Source: an uncultured delta proteobacterium (GTDB taxonomy: Bacteria; Myxococcota_A; Polyangia; Polyangiales; Polyangiaceae). Taken from it: DNA of 64,000 bases. Every line of letters begins with the position of its first letter. Position 1 is the first letter of the stretch. The translations under genes were made by a program, and so were the position numbers. Positions 9,255 to 18,029 of this stretch are shown piece by piece. The stretch is taken from positions 5,088,001 through 5,152,000 of the forward strand of contig CAWDXG010000004.1 in NCBI GenBank assembly GCA_963806225.1. The letters run 5' to 3'. Below the pieces are notes generated by a model that saw only the letters and a program-made list of their open reading frames with translations, searched no databases and was not told the DNA's origin.

Positions 9255-10229
9255 ATGGAGGAGCGTCCGTCCCGGCGCGAGGCGATCAAGCGGTTGGCGC
9301 TTACGGGAGCTGTCCTCGGAGGGGCTGCCGTCGCGACCAAGTTTGCCTACGACAGGGGCGGGTACGGCCTGGCGCGTCCCAGCGGCGAACGCCAGGTCCG
9401 CGACTTCGAGGTCAAGAAGCCGCCGGCCGGCTCGCCCGTGCTGGCGATTGCCAAGAGCTCCAACGATCCGGCGACCCTCGTGCAGCGCGCCGTCGATGCC
9501 CTGGGCGGGATCAAGCATTTCATCTCGCGCGGCGACGTGGTCGCGATCAAGCCGAACATCGGTTGGGATCGCGTGCCCGCGCAGGCCGCCAACACCAACC
9601 CGCAGGTCGTTGCCGCGATGGTCAAGCTGGCTTTCGAGGCCGGCGCGAGCAAGGTCATCGTCACCGACGCGTCATGCAACGAGCCGCATCGCTGCTTCCA
9701 GCGTTCCGGGATCTGGCGTGCGGCCTACGCCCTGGGCGCGACAGTGATCCTGCCCGCGGAGCACAGGTTCCGCAGCATGAGGATGCAGGGCGATGTGCTC
9801 GATCAGTGGCCCATCTACACGCCGCTCATCAACGCCGACAAGGTCATCAACATGCCGGTCGCCAAGCACCACAATCTGGCGAAGTACACGGCCGCGATGA
9901 AAAACTGGTACGGCATCCTCGGAGGCCGCAGAAACCGTCTGCACCAGAGTATCAACATGTCGATCGCGGACCTCGCGACCTTCATGCGCCCCACTCTTAC
10001 GGTCGTCGACGCGACGCGCGTTCTGATGCGCAATGGGCCACAGGGCGGGAATATCGACGATACCCGCGTGGTGAACCAGGTCATTGCCAGCCTCGATCAG
10101 GTCGCGGCGGATGCCTACGGCTGCACGCTGATCGGGCAGGAGCGGGAGCACATCCACTACCTGAAGCTCGGCCACGAGCGCGGCATCGGCAACATGAACT
10201 GGGAGCAGCTCCACCACGTGGAGGTGTAG
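9255..10229 (+). CDS. DUF362 domain protein with Tat signal
   Basis: SRREAIK twin-arginine motif; VAIKPNI, TNPQVV, INMPVAKHH, AMKNWYG, DQVAAD motifs. Confidence 0.88.
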   Translation: MEERPSRREAIKRLALTGAVLGGAAVATKFAYDRGGYGLARPSGERQVRDFEVKKPPAGSPVLAIAKSSNDPATLVQRAVDALGGIKHFISRGDVVAIKPNIGWDRVPAQAANTNPQVVAAMVKLAFEAGASKVIVTDASCNEPHRCFQRSGIWRAAYALGATVILPAEHRFRSMRMQGDVLDQWPIYTPLINADKVINMPVAKHHNLAKYTAAMKNWYGILGGRRNRLHQSINMSIADLATFMRPTLTVVDATRVLMRNGPQGGNIDDTRVVNQVIASLDQVAADAYGCTLIGQEREHIHYLKLGHERGIGNMNWEQLHHVEV

Positions 10230-12173
10230 GTGTCCCAGGCGAAAGAGCCGGTGCGCGCTCTGCCGCCGGAGGCCGCGCTGCCGGTGCCCATTCCCTGGCT
10301 CGCGACCCCGGGCGCGGTAGCGCCGCTCGACGCTCCGGACGGCGCCGTCGCGCCGGCCGCGCTGGCGGCCGCCGTGGCCTCCACGCCGGAGCCGGCCGGG
10401 AAGGCCGCCCGACCGCACTGGCTGTCCCGCACCTGGAAGCGGTTCCGCAAGAAGAAGAAGCGCTCGGGCTCGGGCATCCCGGCGCGGCGATCGATCCGCA
10501 TCCTGGTCTGGGTGAGGCGCGCCGTGCAGATCGGCTGCTTCTCGCTGTTCATGTACTTCCTGTTCCAGACGGCGTTCCGGGGCACGTTCTCGGCGTCCGC
10601 GGACTCCCCAGTGCGGCTGCCGCTGCCGGTCGAAGGCTTCCTGCTCGCCGATCCGTTCGTGGCGACGATGACCTTCCTGAGCACGCACGCCGTGTACCGC
10701 GGGTTGGCCTGGTCGCTCGTGATCCTGGCATTGACGCTGGTGTTCGGCCGGGTCTTCTGCGGCTGGATCTGTCCGTTCGGCACGATGCACCACTTCTTCG
10801 CGTGGATCTTCCCGAGCCGCTACCTGAAGGGGAACAAGCGCGTCGGGGTGAACCGGACGCAGTGGTGGCAGTCGGGCAAGTACTACCTCATGTTCGCCTT
10901 CCTCGGCGCCGCGCTGGTCGGCAGCGCCATCGGCGGCCTGCTGGATCCGATCTGCGTGGCGGTGCGGGCCGTGGGGCTCGGCGTGCTGCCCGCGCTCCAG
11001 TACATCGGCATCCACTCTTCCGAGGCGATCGCTGCGACGAACGTGCGCGCGCTGCAGAACGTCGCGGACACGAGCCAGGACTTCCTCTCCCAGACCGTGT
11101 GGACGTCGCACCAGTACTACTACCACCAGACCTGGCTCATCCTGTTCCTGCTGGTCGCGATCCTGTTCATGAACCGCTTCATTCCGCGGTTCTGGTGTCG
11201 CGCACTGTGTCCGCTCGGCGCGTTCCTCGGGGTGCTGTCGCGCTTCGCGCTGTTCGGCATGGAAAAGGACCACGCCGCATGCACGGACTGCAACCTGTGC
11301 CTGGTCAACTGCCAGGGTGCGGACAGCCCGCAGGGCGGCGTGAAGCACCGGCAGGACGAGTGCCACATGTGCTTGAACTGCGAGAGCGCGTGCCCCGAGG
11401 ACGTGATCAAGTTCCGCTTTCTGCCGAATCGGCGCAGCGTGATCAACAAACCGGATGTGAAGCGACGCACGGTGCTGGCCACGGGCGCTGCGGGTGCGAT
11501 CGCCATTCCTGCCATGCGCATCGCCGATTGGCCGGACAAGGACTACAACCCGAAGGTGATCCGTCCGCCGGGGGCGGTGGAGGAGCGGCAGTTCCTCGAC
11601 CGCTGTATCCGCTGCGCGGAGTGCATGAAGGTCTGCCCGAACAATGCGCTGCACCCGGCGTTCTTCGAGGCGGGGCTCGAGGGCATGTGGACGCCCATCC
11701 TGATCCCCCGGATCGGCTATTGCGAGTTCTCCTGCGTGCTCTGCGGCCAGGTGTGTCCGACGGGCGCCATCCAGAAGATCGACGAGAAGCAGAAGATGGG
11801 CATCGGCCAGAAGCCGATCGCGATCGGTACCGCCATGTACGATCGCGGGCGCTGCCTGCCGTGGGCGATGGCGACGCCCTGCATCGTGTGCGAGGAGTTC
11901 TGTCCGACCTCGCCCAAGGCGATCTGGCCCGAGGATGCCGAGGTGCCGAAGCGCGCCGAGAAGCCCGGGCCGAACGGCGAACCGCCGCCGATGACGACCG
12001 TCAAACTGCAGCGCCCTCATGTCGACCCGAACCTGTGCGTCGGCTGCGGTGCCTGCGAAAAGGTCTGCCCGATCGTCGACAAGCCCGCCGTCTACGTGAC
12101 CAGCGCGGGCGAGACGCGGTCGAAGACGAACATCATCCTGCTCGAGAACACGAGCTACAACCAGCAGAGCTGA
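10230..12173 (+). CDS. Membrane polyferredoxin (NapH/MauN-like TM domain fused to NapG/MauM-like 4Fe-4S domain)
   Basis: GRVFCGWICPFG and RFWCRALCPLGA motifs, several CxxCxxCxxxCP clusters, IRPPGA; internal KRRTVL. Confidence 0.9.
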   Translation: MSQAKEPVRALPPEAALPVPIPWLATPGAVAPLDAPDGAVAPAALAAAVASTPEPAGKAARPHWLSRTWKRFRKKKKRSGSGIPARRSIRILVWVRRAVQIGCFSLFMYFLFQTAFRGTFSASADSPVRLPLPVEGFLLADPFVATMTFLSTHAVYRGLAWSLVILALTLVFGRVFCGWICPFGTMHHFFAWIFPSRYLKGNKRVGVNRTQWWQSGKYYLMFAFLGAALVGSAIGGLLDPICVAVRAVGLGVLPALQYIGIHSSEAIAATNVRALQNVADTSQDFLSQTVWTSHQYYYHQTWLILFLLVAILFMNRFIPRFWCRALCPLGAFLGVLSRFALFGMEKDHAACTDCNLCLVNCQGADSPQGGVKHRQDECHMCLNCESACPEDVIKFRFLPNRRSVINKPDVKRRTVLATGAAGAIAIPAMRIADWPDKDYNPKVIRPPGAVEERQFLDRCIRCAECMKVCPNNALHPAFFEAGLEGMWTPILIPRIGYCEFSCVLCGQVCPTGAIQKIDEKQKMGIGQKPIAIGTAMYDRGRCLPWAMATPCIVCEEFCPTSPKAIWPEDAEVPKRAEKPGPNGEPPPMTTVKLQRPHVDPNLCVGCGACEKVCPIVDKPAVYVTSAGETRSKTNIILLENTSYNQQS

Positions 12174-12400
12174 GGGTTCGCGGCGGCTCGGGACAGCCTC
12201 CCGGACCGGCGCGTCCGTTCAGTCGTTGTCCGGGTTTCCGGACGACAGCGGCGCCGTGGTTGTGCCAACCAGCAGGTCCCGCGGTTGGCACACCGGATAT
12301 CGAGCTTCCTTTTCCGTTGCCAACAGGGAATCCCGATTGGCCGGGATATCGCGCTCCATGGTGGGCTGGGCTAGAGTGTTGAAGACGGGGCCAGTGTTGC

Positions 12401-12416
12401 TGGCGTGACAATTGCT
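12401..12416 (+). promoter_or_regulatory. sigma54 (-24/-12) promoter
   Basis: TGGCGTGACAATTGCT, GG-N10-GC spacing with TTGC at -12. Confidence 0.65.
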
Positions 12417-12429
12417 TGGGAGCATGCTG

Positions 12430-14202
12430 ATGACTCGCAGGAACGGTTGGGCCAGGTTGATGGCGATCGGCGCGCTGTTCGCGGCTGCGGCGGTCGCCAG
12501 CGGCTGCGGGCGCGCCAATCTGGACTCGTACGCAAGCTACGGCGACGCCGGTGGCCAGGGCGGAAACGGGGGCACCTGCGGAGATGGCACCTGCGACGTG
12601 GGCGAGAGCCTGCAGTCCTGCCCAGCTGATTGTCACGGCACCTGTGGCGACGGGCAGTGCGTCGCGCCCGAGACTGAGTCGAGCTGTCCTGCGGACTGCG
12701 GCCAGACGACATGCGGGAACGGTGTGTGCGAAAAGGGCGAAACGCCGGAGAGCTGTCCTGCTGACTGCGGGGCGCCAGGCCACTGTGGCGACGGCACCTG
12801 CGACCCCGGCGAGGACGTGAAGAACTGCCCGCAGGATTGCAGTGGATACTGCGGTGACGGGGTGTGCAGCCCGAACGAGAGCCAGTACAGCTGCCCGCAG
12901 GACTGCGGCCAGCCCGGCTACTGCGGTGACGGGGTGTGCAGCCCGAACGAGAGCCAGTACAGCTGCCCGCAGGACTGCGGCCAGCCCGGCTACTGCGGTG
13001 ACGGGGTGTGCAGCCCGAACGAGAGCCAGTACAGCTGCCCGCAGGACTGCGGCCAGCCCGGCTACTGCGGTGACGGGGTGTGCAGCCCGAACGAGAGCCA
13101 GTACAGCTGCCCGCAGGACTGCGGCCAGCCCGGCTACTGCGGTGACGGGGTGTGCAGCCCGAACGAGAGCCAGTACAGCTGCCCGCAGGACTGCGGCCAG
13201 CCCGGCTACTGCGGTGACGGGGTGTGCAGCCCGAACGAGAGCCAGTACAGCTGCCCGCAGGACTGCGGCGGCTACTGCGGCGACGGTATCTGCGGGCCGT
13301 ACGAGGATCAGTACAGCTGTCCGCAGGATTGCGGCGGCTACTGCGGTGACGGCTACTGCGGCCCGGGGGAAAACCAGTACAGCTGCCCGACGGACTGCGG
13401 CCAGACCGGCTACTGCGGTGACGGCTACTGCGGCCCGGGGGAAAACCAGTACAGCTGCCCGCAGGACTGCGGCTTCTGCGGCGACGGCAAGTGCGGTCCG
13501 AACGAGACCAAGTACAGCTGTCCGCAGGACTGCGGCGGCTTTTGCGGCGACGGCAAGTGCGAGCCGGGCGAAAGCCAGTCCAACTGTCCGCAGGACTGCG
13601 CCGGCTACTGCGGTGACGGCTTCTGCGGTCCCGGCGAAGGGCCCAAGTCGTGCCCGCAGGACTGCGGCTACTGCGGCGACGGGATCTGCGCTCCGAACGA
13701 GGGCCCGAAGATCTGCCCGCAGGACTGCGGGGGCTACTGCGGCGATGGCTACTGCGCTCCGAACGAGGGCCCGAAGATCTGCCCGCAGGACTGCAGCATC
13801 TGCGGCGACGGACTCTGCACCGGGAGCGAGAACCTCTACAGCTGCCCGCAGGACTGCGGCTACTGCGGCGACGGCCTGTGCGGCCCCACCGAGAGCTCCA
13901 AGACGTGCCCGCAGGACTGCGGCCCGTACGGTTACTGTGGCGACGGTTTCTGCGCCACCGGTGAGACCCCGCAGAGCTGCCCGCAGGACTGCGGCTACTA
14001 TGGCTACTGCGGCGACGGCATCTGCGCGGCCAACGAGTCGCCCACGAGCTGCCCCAGCGACTGTGGCGGCACCGGCAGCTGCGGGAACGGCATCTGCGAG
14101 CCTGGGGAGCCCCAGTCCTGCCCGAAGGACTGCTTCAACCCGCCTCCGCCGATCGATGCCGGCCCGCCGCCCCTGCCCGGCGCCGACGCGGGCGCTCCCT
14201 GA
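12430..14202 (+). CDS. Cys-rich repeat lipoprotein (23 x CG[D/N]GxC-x3-E-x4-CPxDC)
   Basis: Signal MTRRNGWARLMAIGALFAAAAVASGC with lipobox; almost entirely 4-Cys repeats; start may be 12424, 12430 or 12460. Confidence 0.85.
   Translation: MTRRNGWARLMAIGALFAAAAVASGCGRANLDSYASYGDAGGQGGNGGTCGDGTCDVGESLQSCPADCHGTCGDGQCVAPETESSCPADCGQTTCGNGVCEKGETPESCPADCGAPGHCGDGTCDPGEDVKNCPQDCSGYCGDGVCSPNESQYSCPQDCGQPGYCGDGVCSPNESQYSCPQDCGQPGYCGDGVCSPNESQYSCPQDCGQPGYCGDGVCSPNESQYSCPQDCGQPGYCGDGVCSPNESQYSCPQDCGQPGYCGDGVCSPNESQYSCPQDCGGYCGDGICGPYEDQYSCPQDCGGYCGDGYCGPGENQYSCPTDCGQTGYCGDGYCGPGENQYSCPQDCGFCGDGKCGPNETKYSCPQDCGGFCGDGKCEPGESQSNCPQDCAGYCGDGFCGPGEGPKSCPQDCGYCGDGICAPNEGPKICPQDCGGYCGDGYCAPNEGPKICPQDCSICGDGLCTGSENLYSCPQDCGYCGDGLCGPTESSKTCPQDCGPYGYCGDGFCATGETPQSCPQDCGYYGYCGDGICAANESPTSCPSDCGGTGSCGNGICEPGEPQSCPKDCFNPPPPIDAGPPPLPGADAGAP
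12847..13269 (+). repeat. Exact 72-bp intragenic tandem repeat, about 6 copies (YCGDGVCSPNESQYSCPQDCGQPG)
   Basis: Identical units begin at 12847, 12919, 12991, 13063, 13135, 13207. Confidence 0.95.
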
Positions 14203-14317
14203 GCCCGCCGCCGTTGCAAATTGTGGCGGCCCGCTCTAATGGGACGGGGCCGGCCCCGCCAGTGACCTCGAATCGGGGGTAATCGCTGCTTGCGTTGGGC
14301 TGGCTCTCCGCCCGATC

Positions 14318-15760
14318 ATGTCCGGAATGAGCCAGACCGTCGCCGACTCACGGACCACCGCGGCCAGCGTGGCGAAGTGGCTCGTGGACAAGGGCCGGCC
14401 CGACGAGGCGGTCTCGCTCCTGAGCGCGTGGGCGGCGTCGGGTCCGAACGACAGCGCCGGGCAGCAGTTGTTGGCCGAAGCACTCCGCATCGATCCCAGC
14501 GCGCGCGTCGCGCAGATGGCGTTCGAGCGCATGGAGGGCGTCCAGGGCGACCACACCGATCTCGATGCTCTCATCCAGCGCTTCGACGAGAAGGAGCTTG
14601 CCCGACTCGAGGCGGAGATGCGCCGCCCGAGCTTCCGTCGCGCGCAGATGGGCTACAACAACAACATCCGCTTCCGCGAGCAGGTGTTCCACGTCCAGAC
14701 GGAAGACTCGGGGCTCGATCAGCCGCACATCGTCACCCACCTGTTTGCGGACGGCGGCCGCATCATCAAGAGCCACAAGCGCTCCTACGCTGATCAGGTG
14801 TCGCGCCCGGATGTCGCCGACTACGTCCGCGGCCTCATGAAGGCCCAGCATCTGGAAATGGTGCTGGCGCTTCGCGAAGGTCGGTTCGACGCGGTGCTCG
14901 AAGGGCGCGAGGTCGGCGGCATCGAGACGCTCACTGAACCGCCCGCGGTCGACATCCGCAAGCTTGCCAGCAAGAAGAAGCAGCGCGCCGAGGCCGGAGC
15001 GGCAGCCCAGGCCGGGCAGCCCGCGCAGGCGCCGCCGCCCGCACCGAAGCCGCCACCCCCAGAGCCGCTGCCCGTCCAGCCGTCGCCGTCCAGACCGGCG
15101 CCTCCGCCGGCTCCCAGCCATTTCTCCCTGCAGGTGCTGCGCAGCCTTTCCGGCGGTCCCGAGAGCTATGCACCGCCGGGTGAGCGCGTCATCATCGGTT
15201 CCGCCGGGGCTGTGGGTCTGCCCGGAGAACGCTTCTGCCATCCGCACGAAGCGGAGCTCACCTGGAAGGACAGCCGGCTCTGGCTCGAGGACCTCGAGGG
15301 AGGCAATGGCGTGTTCCTGCGCATCCGAACGCCGGTCGAGCTGGAGTTCGGTGACGAGTTCGTCGTGGGCGATCAGCTGTTGCGCGTCGAGAAGAACCCG
15401 GTGCCCGACGACGGCCCGGATCCCGATCCGACCTATTTCTATTCCTCGCCGAAGTGGCCGTCGTCATTCCGCGTGGTGCAGATCTTCGAAGGCGGTGCTG
15501 CCGGAGCGAGCGTCGTCGCGCGCGGCAACACCCTGCAGGTCGGTTCGGCGATCGGCGATCTGGTGTTTCCCGACGACCCGCTGGTCGGCGAGCAGCACTG
15601 CGTGATCGAGGAGCAGGCGGGCTCGGTGGTGCTGACGGACCTGTCCTCGCGCACCGGTGTCTTCGTGCGCATCCGCGGCGAGCAGGAGCTGGCGCATGGC
15701 GACGAGCTGCTCGTCGGGCGCACGCGGCTGGTTGTCGACCTGGGCGGCGCCGCCGCGTAG
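14318..15760 (+). CDS. Protein with N-terminal helical region, conserved 'HVQTEDSG' domain, Pro linker and two FHA-like domains
   Basis: LEDLEGGNGVFLRI...GDEFVVGDQLL and LTDLSSRTGVFVRI...GDELLVGRTRL are FHA-fold signatures. Confidence 0.8.
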   Translation: MSGMSQTVADSRTTAASVAKWLVDKGRPDEAVSLLSAWAASGPNDSAGQQLLAEALRIDPSARVAQMAFERMEGVQGDHTDLDALIQRFDEKELARLEAEMRRPSFRRAQMGYNNNIRFREQVFHVQTEDSGLDQPHIVTHLFADGGRIIKSHKRSYADQVSRPDVADYVRGLMKAQHLEMVLALREGRFDAVLEGREVGGIETLTEPPAVDIRKLASKKKQRAEAGAAAQAGQPAQAPPPAPKPPPPEPLPVQPSPSRPAPPPAPSHFSLQVLRSLSGGPESYAPPGERVIIGSAGAVGLPGERFCHPHEAELTWKDSRLWLEDLEGGNGVFLRIRTPVELEFGDEFVVGDQLLRVEKNPVPDDGPDPDPTYFYSSPKWPSSFRVVQIFEGGAAGASVVARGNTLQVGSAIGDLVFPDDPLVGEQHCVIEEQAGSVVLTDLSSRTGVFVRIRGEQELAHGDELLVGRTRLVVDLGGAAA

Positions 15761-15772
15761 CCGGGGCGAGCA

Positions 15773-15812
15773 CAAAGAGAAAAGCCGGGTACGGCTTGTG
15801 CCGCACCCGACT
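15773..15812 (-). terminator. Rho-independent terminator of the small lipoprotein gene
   Basis: Minus strand AGUCGGGUGCGGC-ACAA-GCCGUACCCGGCU (13 bp, 2 GU) followed by UUUCUCUUUG. Confidence 0.8.
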
Positions 15813-15874
15813 ATTCAAAGAGAGCAACAGCCAGGACGAGCGCGCTAGCACGCTCGTCCCAGCCGCGTGCTGTC

Positions 15875-16123
15875 TTACTCCGCCGGAGCCGGAGCCGAGT
15901 CGCCCGCGGGGGCGTCGTCGCCAGCCGCCGGAGCGTCGGAAGCCGCGGGGGCGTCCGGAGCTGCCGGAGCGTCGGCCGAGGGAGCGTCGGGGGCCGCGGG
16001 GGCCTCCGGCGTCGCGGCGTTGTCAGGCGACGCAGGCGCGGGGGTGGCACCGCCACCACAGGCCACGGCCAGGGCGCACAGCGGAATCGACAGGGCGAGA
16101 GCGAAGTACTTGCGAATGCTCAT
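15875..16123 (-). CDS. Small Ala/Pro/Asp-rich lipoprotein (82 aa)
   Basis: MSIRKYFALALSIPLCALAVAC lipobox; RBS AGGAGG; disordered tail. Confidence 0.8.
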   Translation of the reverse strand: MSIRKYFALALSIPLCALAVACGGGATPAPASPDNAATPEAPAAPDAPSADAPAAPDAPAASDAPAAGDDAPAGDSAPAPAE

Positions 16124-16329
16124 TTCGGGGATCCTCCTAAACCGGGCCAGAGTGACCCGGACCTCACAGAGAGATGCACGAGTAACCCAAAGTGGCTCAC
16201 GAAAAAAACCCCTTGTGCTCTTGCCTTCAATTCCGGGCACGTGGCCCACGCGCCGCGGGAGCACTTCTGGCTGGGAAACCCCGCAAAAGGGCCATGTGAC
16301 GCGATGCGTTATCCTGGCGCGCGTCGCCG

Positions 16330-17013
16330 GTGAGCCGAAAATCGGTCACGCTGCGTCCATTCATGGACGCCATGGCTTCGAGCTCTCCCAACACGCGGCT
16401 CCGCCTGGTTGGAGGGACAGCAGATCGCACGTCCCGCCGCCTGGGGCCCACGGGAGATCTCGACGACGCACAACTGGTCGCACTCGCGCGCGAGAACGAC
16501 ACGGTCGCCTTCGAGGTGCTGTATCGCCGCCATGCCGCTTTTGCCATGAACCTCGCGGTCCGTATCCAGGGCAGTGCCACCGATGTAGAGGACGTCGTCC
16601 ACGATGCCTTCCTGCGCGCGCACCAGCGCATGCACGAGCTTCGCGAACCCGCGGCGTTCCGCTCGTGGCTTGGCTCCATCGTGGTGCGACTGGTCCGCAG
16701 TCGCCTCCGCCGGCGGCGTCTGCTTGGCAGCTTCGGTCTGGCCTCGGCGGATCCCGTGGAGCTCGACGCGATCGCCTCGGCCGACGCTGGGCCCGATGCA
16801 CGGGCGCAGCTCGCCCAGGTCTACGCGTTGCTGCAGACCATGCCGGCGGACGACCGCATCGCCTGGACCCTGCGCTACATCGAGCGCCATCGGCTGGAAG
16901 CGGTGGCCGAGCTCGCGGGCTGCTCGCTGGCCACGGCCAAACGCCGCATCCAGCGCGGGCAGCGCTTTCTCACCGAGCATTTCGTTTCGCCCTTCGTGGA
17001 GGAGCCGGCATGA
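16330..17013 (+). CDS. ECF RNA polymerase sigma factor
   Basis: AFEVLYRRH, DVEDVVHDAFL, AFRSWL, VAELAGCSLATAKRRI; exact start uncertain (16330-16372). Confidence 0.9.
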   Translation: MSRKSVTLRPFMDAMASSSPNTRLRLVGGTADRTSRRLGPTGDLDDAQLVALARENDTVAFEVLYRRHAAFAMNLAVRIQGSATDVEDVVHDAFLRAHQRMHELREPAAFRSWLGSIVVRLVRSRLRRRRLLGSFGLASADPVELDAIASADAGPDARAQLAQVYALLQTMPADDRIAWTLRYIERHRLEAVAELAGCSLATAKRRIQRGQRFLTEHFVSPFVEEPA

Positions 17014-18029
17014 GCGACAATCGCAGGCTTCCGGAACTTCCGGTCGCCGCGCTGCGCGACCACGGCGACAGCGAGCGCGTGGAGCGCGTGTGGCGGCGCC
17101 TCGAGCAGGACATCCCTGCCGCTTCCGCGCGGCCGCGCAGCGCGCTATGGTGGGCTCCTGCCGCGGTGGTGATCGTGTTCGGCTGCGGCGTCTTCGTCGG
17201 TGCCCGGTGGTTCCGCGCGGCGGTCCCTTCGCGGCCGACCACCGTAGCCGCGGAGCCCGCCGAGCCACTCGATCAACAGCAGCCATCCACGACGGAGGTG
17301 CCGGGCGCTGCCCAGCCCGGCGCACCGGCTGCAAAGCCGGAGAAGCACCACGGTCACGAGCGCCGCGTCGCGCCGGCCAGCGTTCCGGCTCTGGAGGAGG
17401 CTCCGGCGGAGGCGCCGGCACCCGCGCCTGCGGCAAGTGCCGCGCCGCCCGCCTGGCAGCGCCTGGCGAATGCGGGCGATTTCGCGGCGGCGCACCAGGC
17501 GCTGGAGGACCACGGAGGCTTCGACTCCGCCATGGGCGCGGCGTCCGCCGAGCAGCTGATGAGCCTGTTCGACATCGCCCGCTTCGCGGGGCACCGCGAC
17601 CGGGCTCTGCAGGCGCTGCGCCGCGTGGTCAGCCGCTTCCCGAACGACCCGAACGCGCCTCTCGCCGCGTGGACGCTGGGAAACATGCTCGACAAGGCCG
17701 GCGACCGAGCCGGAGCTGCCGATGCCTTCCGGGTCTATCGGCGCTTGTCTCCGCAGGGTGATTTCGCTGAAGATGCGCTCGCGCGAGAGGTCGAGGTTGC
17801 CATCGAGCAGGGGAACCTCGACCAGGCAAAGAAGCTCGCCGATCAGTATGCGAAGGACTTCCCGAAAGGCCGCCGCCTCGGCGAGATCCGCGATCAGCTC
17901 GCGCGGGCGTCCAGCGCAGCCGACGCGGGCGCGGCGGTGGTTGAAGGCGACGCGGGCGCGCCGGGCAAGGGGGCGGACAAGCCGGAAGGCAACGACCCTC
18001 CTGCTGCTGCTCCAGTGCCTGCTCACTAG
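17010..18029 (+). CDS. Putative anti-sigma factor: single TM, Pro-rich linker, TPR-like C-terminal domain
   Basis: ATGA overlap with the ECF gene; TM WWAPAAVVIVFGCGVFVGA; repeats such as RFPNDPNAPLAAWTLG and YAKDFPKGR. Confidence 0.75.
   Translation: MSDNRRLPELPVAALRDHGDSERVERVWRRLEQDIPAASARPRSALWWAPAAVVIVFGCGVFVGARWFRAAVPSRPTTVAAEPAEPLDQQQPSTTEVPGAAQPGAPAAKPEKHHGHERRVAPASVPALEEAPAEAPAPAPAASAAPPAWQRLANAGDFAAAHQALEDHGGFDSAMGAASAEQLMSLFDIARFAGHRDRALQALRRVVSRFPNDPNAPLAAWTLGNMLDKAGDRAGAADAFRVYRRLSPQGDFAEDALAREVEVAIEQGNLDQAKKLADQYAKDFPKGRRLGEIRDQLARASSAADAGAAVVEGDAGAPGKGADKPEGNDPPAAAPVPAH

Noticed and set aside
12847..13269. Possible CRISPR array
   Set aside because: Units are contiguous 72-bp in-frame coding repeats with no unique spacers, and no cas genes are present
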